Assembly (NCBI GenBank): GCA_040954595.2
Contig: CM082584.2
Coordinates: 13,323,337 to 13,387,336, forward strand
Source: Balanoglossus misakiensis
Taxonomy: Eukaryota; Animalia; Hemichordata
Reading direction: 5' to 3'
DNA: 64,000 nt
Made by a program: the position numbers and the translations under genes. Below the pieces are notes generated by a model. The model had not been told where the DNA came from. It made no database searches and saw only the letters and a list, made by a program, of their open reading frames with translations. Positions 55,601-64,000 of this stretch are shown here, in pieces (position 1 is the first letter of the stretch; every line of letters starts with the position of its first letter).

Positions 55601-58600
55601 TGAAAATATCCTATTCTGCATGATGCACTCAGTGTATGCAACTTATTCAGGCTGTCAAAATGACAGTTACAATTACTTCATGTGTATATTCTTTAATCTC
55701 TCTGTCACACTCATGCAGAGAGAAATTGTCAGACCTTCCCCTGAGATGAACATCATTTATTCACTAAATTCAAAGCTAATTTTCTTCCAGTATTAAAACT
55801 CTGACATGGTTAAATAGGGTCAACTGAACTGTGACTGCAGCTTTGAATAGACATTGAGATTTCCATTCCCACCATTGCATTTGTAATTAATGACTTTCAT
55901 AGCCATGAATGCCTGTCAGTCTTCTATGTGATCCATGAATTTAGTCTTTTTCAGCAAATGACTGATGGAGACATGTAGGTCATGTTGAAGGCTTCATCCT
56001 TGGTCTATAAATGTATTCGACCTGTCATTGACCTTTTTATCCTCTTCTGATTGGCCTTTTTTGTGTGAACTCTTCTGAATAGGGAAATGTAACTTCGCAG
56101 TTGCATTCTGACTCCGGTGTCATGATGTTGCACCCTTTGGAGTCATGTGACCTCTGAGTTGTCGTTGTGACCTGTGATGGATGGTTTTTGATAGTGTTTA
56201 CATCTCCTTATAAGGACATGGCTTTCAGGTACAATTAGGAATGCATTAACAAATGTTACATTAAACAATGACAGAGCAAAGAGTAGACAGATAACCTCTG
56301 CTTGTGCAGATAAAATGATGTATGTAATTTAAGGAAATCATCAAATTTAACAAATTTTTGTCTTGGTTTTCTGACAATATCAAGTACAGTTATGTGTAGC
56401 TAGCTGAGTTTGTTTTGAGAGATGACAGGCCATGGTTGATGTATTATGTCATGGCTTTGCCTATTTGATACCTTCCCCCCCCCCCCCCCCCCCCAAAAAA
56501 AAAAAGAATAGTTTTCATTGTCACATTATTGTTACTGCCCATCAACTGAGGAATTTGATTTTGTAAGTGTGTGTAAACAGCTGAAGTATGATCAAGAAGG
56601 GGAGGATTTATTCATTCCCAGCATGCAACTGGTTGATTTTTAGTGAAACGAACATCCTCTAAGTTTTCTGTCTTTCTGTAACATCTGATTTCCTGTGAAA
56701 AATATGTCAACGACATCAGAATTTAGGTGACATGAACAGTAACATTATTTCTTATCTTTGAAAAGCATTTCTGACCACTTCAAAAAATTGGCTCTAAGCC
56801 AGATGAAGTAATCCTGTTCAATTGAGTTATGTTACTGTCTGTGCAGGTAGTGGGAACCAATTCTTCTTGTAAAACTGATTTTCATGAAATATTTTTCAGT
56901 TAATTCTGAAACAAAAAATAGGCGATCTATTTATAAAGTGTTCCCACATGTAAAGGTAGGTCATTTGCTTAGCAGATGTGATGTTAATCCCTGTGCTTAG
57001 ATACACATGGTTATGTACACAGCTCTCCTTTACTCTGTTTAAATACAAACCTGCAGGCAGTGTTTGTATGCACACACAGACTGCTGTTGCCTGCTGTGTT
57101 TTCATATGTTGTTGGCAGACATGACACAGGCACTGTTAGCTGGATTTCTCTATCATATACCAATAAAGCAATAAATACATGTCATATTTTCTGCATCATA
57201 ATCTTCTGTTGATAACAAACTCTGCAGGATTTATATTCTGTTGTGGAAGTTAGATTTTCATTTTTGTCGCCATATCTGATTTGGCAAGTCATCCAGAGCA
57301 AATGTATAAATCACTTGTAATGGTATGTGGTACGATTATCTAAAGTTCTTCTGATATCAAGGTTCCGTATTCTGAAAGTTCTGTATTCTGAAAGATTAAT
57401 TGCAGCCTTGATAGCAAGAACTGACAAATAATATTAAAATATGGATGTGTTTCATTTGTAATACCAATATTTGTTTTTATGATTAAGTATTGGAATAATG
57501 CTGTCATGAACTGTTAACAGGAATAATATTTTTGATGCAGAACTCTTGAAATGTAGCCAATAGATTGTCAGTTCTGCAATTGAAATTTATCACCAGATAA
57601 TGCCAATTAATCTCATGTCCATTGTCAAATTCAAAATGTGTAAACTATATATAATCTAGATATCTAATGTCAACAGTAATTTTGATATCAAAAGTGATCA
57701 CAGCTTTGGTTGTCTTGAGATACATGATTGGATGGTTTAATTGGTTTGGGACAAACTGGACCAATGAGCCACTGTCTTATATATTGAAGTCAGGGAGACT
57801 TAGTCGAGCACTGTGGCAGCCGTGAAGTGTGTTGTAAGGATATCAGTCACTGGGAGCAAAGCAGATAAGCCACTTTGCTAGATAAATAGGAGTGTGTGAA
57901 TTCCTTCACATCCACTGTAGTTTAAAGTTTGACTTGGTATACAGGTATACACTTTTGAGTAACACTTAGACCTTTGTACTGGGTACACAGTTACTTATTC
58001 ACAAAGGCAGAATGTAGCGCTGGTAGTTTACTTGGTTGAGCTCTTCTTTCCAAACCCTGTCTCTTGAATTAATCAGGAGGATTGACCAGTTGCACATAAT
58101 CAGGTAAACGTCTCATTCCGTGAATGCTTCAGAATAATTTCCATGGTAATAGGATGATGTTTTTAGTTTTTATACAGTGAATGTTTGGTAGGTACCTGCA
58201 TTGTATACTGAGGAGTGGTGGGATGTCTCTAAGGACCTGTCAACTCTCCACTAGCTGTCAAATCACATGCAAATATAAATTGAGCCATTCTTGTTTGAAT
58301 CTGACAAGTGAACTCTGTAAACTGAACTTCACTTACAAGAAGTGAAGAAATTGTGTCAGTCCTTTGGTCTGCCAACTAAAAGAGATTTTGTTAAACATTA
58401 TCAAGTTTTTGTGTGGTGCTGGCACAGTGCTACATATCCCATGTTGCGGAATGTCAAATATTGGTTTCAGGTTGTTGTATTCCAGGCTTTGGTTGCATGG
58501 TTGATTTATGCGCATTTTGTTTGTTCAGCTAAAAATGAAAAGCCTGTGAACATGTGGGTACAACAAGTTATTTGATCACATAGGTCTCTTTTTCTGATCT

Positions 58601-61600
58601 TTCCTTCCACCAGTTTGAAAACAGCAAACTCATCAAGACAAATTCAGTACTCGGCCAATTTAGTACAAGTGTAAACCTATTTCACATCTACCTCCTCAGC
58701 TTTACCATACACTGACAATAATCTTGGTCTTTTGGTAATCAGTGATCAGATTAAGCTCTCCAAAGACAGTTTTATCTAACACCAGTGTTTGTATTTGTGG
58801 TTTTGTCAACTGTGTGCTTGGTGTTCTTCTGGATATCTTGTGTTTGAGTGTCTAACCTGTGTTTGGTTTCACTTTCGTAAACTCTGGGCGGGAGTGTATG
58901 AATGTTATTTATGAAGTTTGTATAAAGCATAGCGCTCACATCACGACATCACCTGATAACTCTGGGTTATCAGCTGACAATGTGGCAGCTAGGGCATTAT
59001 CTTTATGCAACCTTCGTGTCTCTGTTGATTTGTTTTATAAATCAGTGTATCAATGATGCCTTTTGTTTAGAAGCAGAAAAAGAGATAACTTGGTCATTCG
59101 CATTAATATTCTCTAATCGAATAACAGAACTGAGGCTGACTGAATCCTCTAGGCAAATGATACAAACCATGGAATTTTCTATTGTGTCCTCAACAGAGAA
59201 TAGACACCAGTGAGTTGTCTAAGGGAGCAGTCGACGACAACTCAGGAAACGCCCAACAATGGGAAGATTTTTTTTCAAATGACAACCCCCCCAAAACTGT
59301 TTCCAAGACAACAGAATTTGACTTATTAGGTGGCACAACCATGGATGTAAGTCTGGCAGAGAGTGAGGGCACTCATCAGGAGACAAGCAACAAGCAGAGT
59401 AACCCCTTTGAGGATGATGATGATTCGTTCTACATAACACCGACGAAGCAATCTGACGATAAAAATGTTGATGACTATAAAGATGTTGGTCAACTCATTG
59501 ACTTTGGAGAGCCCGATGTTGCTCCTAAAATGCCACAAAGTAGTGGTTTACCGTTTTACATGAGAAATGACGATTTTGGTTTTGAGGAAGAAGAATCACC
59601 AAAAGAGAGCAGTTTTGGTTTTGAGGATTCTGGGAAAACACAATCACCTAAAATCATTGATTTGGAAGTGGAAACTTCTCAAGACACTGTTACACCAGAT
59701 TTTAATTCTTTTAGTTTCGATGTTCCTGTTGACAATGACGGATCCCATCCAGGTACTTCGGATGATGAAGGAGTCAGTCCCAAACTCCCGACGTCTGCCC
59801 CACCAACCAAAGATGATTTGCCATCCCAACACTTTGAAGATCTCCCACCCGACTTCTACGGCCATGCAGATGCAGAGATCTTGCCATCTGAAACAACAGG
59901 TTCAGAAGTCGAGGAAGTTTTACCTTCAACCGCAGAAGTTGAAGTTGCACCACAGGAAGAGAAGGTCAACAAAGAGGAAATGGTGGTACACTCTGTGACC
60001 ACAGGGTTTGTCAAATCATACCAGTGTGATGAAGACACAGTAGACGCCAGTGTTGATGAGCACCACATAGATAAAGACGCACTCATCAGGCAGTGGGAGA
60101 TGTCCCTCTCCATCAACACCAATGCAGCCGCTGAAGATGAAGCTCCCAAGAAGAAATACTTGCAACCCAGAAAGAAAAAGATCAACGTGTACCTAGACCC
60201 TAATCCCAAATTTAAGAAGAAAGATTCTGCAAAAGAGAGTGAGGAGCCAGTGGTAGTCTTGCCAACCAAAGAATCTGACCTGCACAGGGACACCATGAAT
60301 ATCATTGCAATGCAGAAAGCGAAGAAGGGGAACACTCAGCTGACTTGGAACCTGAATGATAAGAAGGAGGAGGAAGAAGAAGAAAGAGATTCACTGACTG
60401 CCGACAGTATGAAGCATTACGAGGAGCGAAAACAAAAGCAGGAATTGAAGATGGCACAACCAGTGAGTGGGAAGCCAAACAATTCCCTCTATGATTCCAG
60501 GGATAGCGGCTTGGGAGATACCTGGAAAAGCCAGGCAGATGAGCCATCGAGTCCGGAAAGACACGATCCGGCACATGTGCCAGTCAACCGACAGAATGGG
60601 AACTACCAGCCTGAACATGAAGTGGACACCAGCAAGATTGACAGAGCAGCCCTTCTTGAACAGTGGAAACAGAAGTTAATGGCCGAGAAGGAAGAAGATC
60701 TTCACATCGAGGCACACAAGGAAAAGGAAAGGAGAATCCGGGAAGAAATCCAGAAGGAAGCAGATGCTGAATCCATCGCAGATCCGGCAAAGACAAGACA
60801 GGAATGGGAAAAGCGGTTGTCACTGCGTAAAGGGGTGGAACCTCCGCAGTTCAGCCGTGTCTACACTACCAAGGCACCGAAAGTTGAAGAAGATGAACTG
60901 AAACCCAAAAAAGAGGTAACTATAGAAACGCAGCAGGAGGATGAAATGGATGCAGCAGATGTGCAAGAAGAAGCTAGAGGTTACCATGACAGCAGCAGCA
61001 CAGATGAGGAAAGTGAACCACCAGAGACGTATGAGAATGAAACCATCGTTCAAAGAGAAATCCGATTACAGAAACAGAAAGAGAAGGAACTACAGAAAGA
61101 ATTAGATGCAGCTCATAGATTTGTGAAACAGGATGTTGCTATGGTGGAGTCAGTCCCGGTTGTCAGGGAAGATGTGGATCTGCAAGAAGAAATTGTTCCA
61201 CAGTCACCAGAGTCAGATGACTATTCAGAGGAGAGAAGTGCTTCTCCGGAGACTGTCGAAGATGAAGAAGAAAACCTAAAGATGACAAAAATTCAACGCG
61301 AGATAAGAGAACAACGGCAGAGAGAGGAAGAGTTACTACGACAAGGAAGGGTGAAGCACATCAGTGTGCCAAGCTACGATATCCCAGAGAGAGAAGAAAG
61401 CGAGACAAAGCCAAAGAGAATGGAGAGTATCATTGAACGAGAAATGAGAGAACAGAGAGAGAGGGAAGAAATGCTGAGAATTGAAAGAGGACTACCAGCA
61501 ACTTCCCCAGAGGAAGAAGACTTGTATCTCAGCATGCATGGTTCACGGCCAGTCCAAGATGAAGACGAATCATCATCATCAGACGAGAAGAATTTGACTC

Positions 61601-64000
61601 CAGAAACCGAGATCAAGGACTCTTCCTCAAGTAAAGAGAAACAGTTCACCTCATCAAAGCAGTACCCAATTGAATCCAAGCAGTCCTCCTCAATAAGTGT
61701 CAGTAAAACTATTTTCGAGCGACACCCAAAACCAGCACTGGCAGAAGAAAGTAGAAATTACCATGACAACAGTGCATCCCACACTCCCAAGATGCCTCAG
61801 CAGAAAAAGAAAAAAGAAGTCATCCTCGTGGAACAAGAGCAAATTCAAGAAAGGAATTATGAAGAAGAGGTAATTACATATCAGACCACGATGTTGCATG
61901 TTTGACTATAAAAACTACCTCATCCCCTACACAGTTCCCATCATGCAACGTTCCAATCCATCCATTTATGATAATGCATGGTAGAATTAAACCCCGTGTA
62001 AATTGGAAGATATGTAGGAATCATGGGGAAGGGGGAAGTCAATCTTTCCTCTGTAACTGTCTCTTGTTCTCACTGTACATGTGTATCTAGTATTCCATTA
62101 TAAATGACTAAAATACTTTTAGATATATCTTTCCATGTAGACAGACATTATTTTAACAAATTAATGACTATTTTCCTTTCCATTTTAGCTGATCATCACT
62201 ATTCATTAAAATGTCATTTAAAATCATCATTTAATAACAATTTCGTACTTGGCTGATGATGTGTGGCTGGTTTGTTTTGACAATCTTCATCTCAATTTTA
62301 CATGATTGCAGCATCGTGTGTGTTCTTCTGTGTGTATCATTTCTGTTCTTGTTGTGTGAGCTCATGAAAATGCATGACATGAAATCATCTACCAATCACC
62401 TGTCACCCATTGCTGGCTGCCTTTGCTGTGTGCGTATTGGCTGATCTAACATTAATATTCTTTGTCCTTCCCTATTAACCACTACAGTTTGGTCCAACCC
62501 TGTTGTTTGCATTGATGCGCTTGGACCAAACTATGTGGAAATAGGGGTAGACTGGTTGTGTGTGTATACTTTACAATTTCTTTTTCAGTATTCTGTCAAC
62601 ATTTAGATATGAAACTTGTGCTGGATTTTTTAATGTGCAAATATGAGTAAACTATGTGAAATAGGTAGATAGCTAACTTTTAGATGACAGTAATTTTTGA
62701 GTAAAATCATTACAAATTCCAGCACAAACTGATATAACCAATGTACGTCATACCTTTAACTTTTCTGGATTTCTTTATTCTGATTTTTCTCTTCTTGTTA
62801 ACCTTTTCTAATTGAATTCTGAAGTGGGTTGGTGATTCATTGCTGATTTCTATAGTATGTTTTTATTTGTGGGTAGTAATTGTAATTCAGACATTGCTGC
62901 ATGGAGAATACGAAGGGTGTGTGTCATATTTTGTATCTGTTTTATCCCCATGCAGACAGTCAAACCAGAATACATCCCCTCTGAAACAAGCAGAGAGTAC
63001 CAGACGGAAGAAATCATGGAAGAACCCGAGAAACCGCTGCCACCTCGCAACGAAAGCATCGTCGAACGCGAGATACGACTGCAGCGAGAAAGAGAAGAGG
63101 AACTACAGAAACAGAGACTCAGAGCTGGAATTGGAAAAACTTCTGTTGCAACTGTTGCTGAAGTGAAGAAATCTCCCAAACCAGTTCCTGAAGTGAATGA
63201 CGTTGATGGCGTAGCTGACTCTCCACCAGAGCCCGTGTCAAGGACCGCACAAGCGAGGGCACTGTTCTCCAAACCGACCAAACTGCCAGAGGAGAAGCCT
63301 TCAAAGGAAGTGTATGCAAAATACAGCGTTACTGCTACCGCTGCTGCCACGCCAACCAGGGATGTGAAAATCAACAACTCAACAGACAGTAACTTTGTCA
63401 ACTCACCAAATGAAAATGTTTTATTTGAAACACCAAAGAAAGAAGAAACTCTAGTCGAGGAAGAAAAACCACGAAAGGAGACACCAATTGAGAGAGAAAT
63501 TCGCCTCGCTAGAGAGAAAGAAATGAGCTACAGGAAAGAAAGAGGTAAAGCACTAAGGCTGATGTGAAAAGATATAGTAACCTAAAACAAAGTATTACAT
63601 AGCAGTATCCTCAAGTGTTTTTAATCGTGTAAAGGTTACAAACACAATGATTCAAATTTGAAAGTAACGCGGTTGTTGGATGATGAAAAACATAAAACTA
63701 AAATCTGTTGTAACCATGCATGAACCCACCATCCCATGCAGGACTTCCCTTGATGCCAAGACACGAGAAACAACACATCTCTGAAAGCAAAAAGAAATCG
63801 GACCCAGTAGAAGAAGCACCAAAATCAACCTTCAGTGAGTATCAGCCACCAGAGTCTTCTGCAAAAGACCAATACATGAAACGTGCTGCTGTGTATTACA
63901 TGGAGAAAGAAATGGAAGAGAATCGTCAGAAAGAGGAGGAACTGAAGAAGGAAGGCAAGATACGGAGGTTGTCCACCAGATCTAAAGAAGATGAGGATGA
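34653..64000 (+). CDS. Large multi-exon protein: 2 EH domains + coiled coil + disordered endocytic-motif region + MISP/AKAP2-like repeats (3'-incomplete)
   Basis: Phase-compatible GT-AG exon chain, approx.: 34653-34671, 34803-34886, 35008-35071, 37340-37572, 37686-37834, 38056-38140, 38285-38411, 38622-38749, 39087-39201, 39424-39490, (39892-39942), (40709-40753), 41861-42106, 43605-43900, 59197-61869, 62956-63544, 63742-64000+. EH signatures FLKSKLPLQTLSQIWKLCDINHDNMLDANEFAIAMHL and [34 protein letters not shown]. No stop codon or terminal exon found for the EH part before 59197. The join across the 15-kb intron is inferred from phase only. Confidence 0.72.
43912..44085. mobile_element. 174-bp palindromic MITE with 8-bp TSD (P-element-like CACAG termini; hAT not excluded)
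   Basis: Arms of ~74 bp starting CACAGGCGCTTAAGACGATCGC are reverse complements apart from two substitutions and a 1-nt indel, with an AT-rich ~24-nt spacer. AGTAATGC is duplicated at 43904-43911 and 44086-44093. Confidence 0.9.
49843..49930. mobile_element. Short piggyBac-like MITE relic (~88 bp)
   Basis: (tcaa)CCCTTTCACC ... GGTTGAAAGGG(ttaa): CCC/GGG termini with TTAA-like flanks. A similar TTAACCCTTT start occurs at 38791. Confidence 0.5.
56475..56504. repeat. Poly(C) tract of ~20 nt abutting a poly(A) run; other C/G homopolymers at ~17989 and ~35258
   Basis: Read directly from the sequence. Confidence 0.85.
59197..61869 (+). CDS. Giant 2.67-kb coding exon of the EH/MISP-like gene (acidic, disordered, with three IxREIR repeats)
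   Basis: Lies within the 907-aa ORF. Acceptor caacag at 59196 and donor GAG|gtaatt at 61869, both phase 0. Confidence 0.85.

Noticed and set aside
18500-58000. Frequent TACATGTA/ACATGT words
   Set aside because: Scattered without periodicity; appears to be a background oligonucleotide bias rather than a locus-specific element.
44100-59100. Numerous 60-120 aa ORFs in the large intron as nested genes or transposases
   Set aside because: No recognisable domains, mostly non-ATG starts, and composition typical of random intronic ORFs.

Overview
Eukaryotic, intron-containing, AT-rich animal genomic DNA. An invertebrate deuterostome such as a hemichordate is plausible, but that is inferred only from gene content and intron style. 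Manual splicing supports nine protein-coding genes. In order: (1) an intronless type II Golgi carbohydrate 6-O-sulfotransferase-like gene with a ~650-aa acidic stem and degenerate PAPS-binding motifs (-); (2) a 7-exon sarcosine/pipecolate oxidase-family flavoenzyme ending in the PTS1 signal SKL (-); (3) PET100 (-) head-to-head with (4) ISCA1 (+); (5) R3HDM4 (-) head-to-head with (6) ATP6V0B (+); (7,8) two tandem PLPPR-family pseudophosphatases (-); and (9) a very large + strand gene running off the right edge. Gene 9 joins two N-terminal EH domains, a coiled coil and an endocytic-motif-rich region to six MISP/AKAP2-type 'T/S-x-I-E/Q-R-E-I-R' repeats, and has several candidate internal first exons. 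Non-coding elements include a TTAA-flanked Kolobok-like MITE, a 174-bp near-perfect palindromic MITE with an 8-bp TSD beside a splice donor, short piggyBac-like relics, a possible solo LTR containing (TGG)20, and a palindromic bidirectional poly(A) signal. The most notable observations are the EH + MISP/AKAP2-like architecture and the R3HDM4-PLPPR-MISP-like linkage resembling human 19p13.3 and its 1p/9q paralogons. All family calls are from motif recognition and memory; no database search was run.
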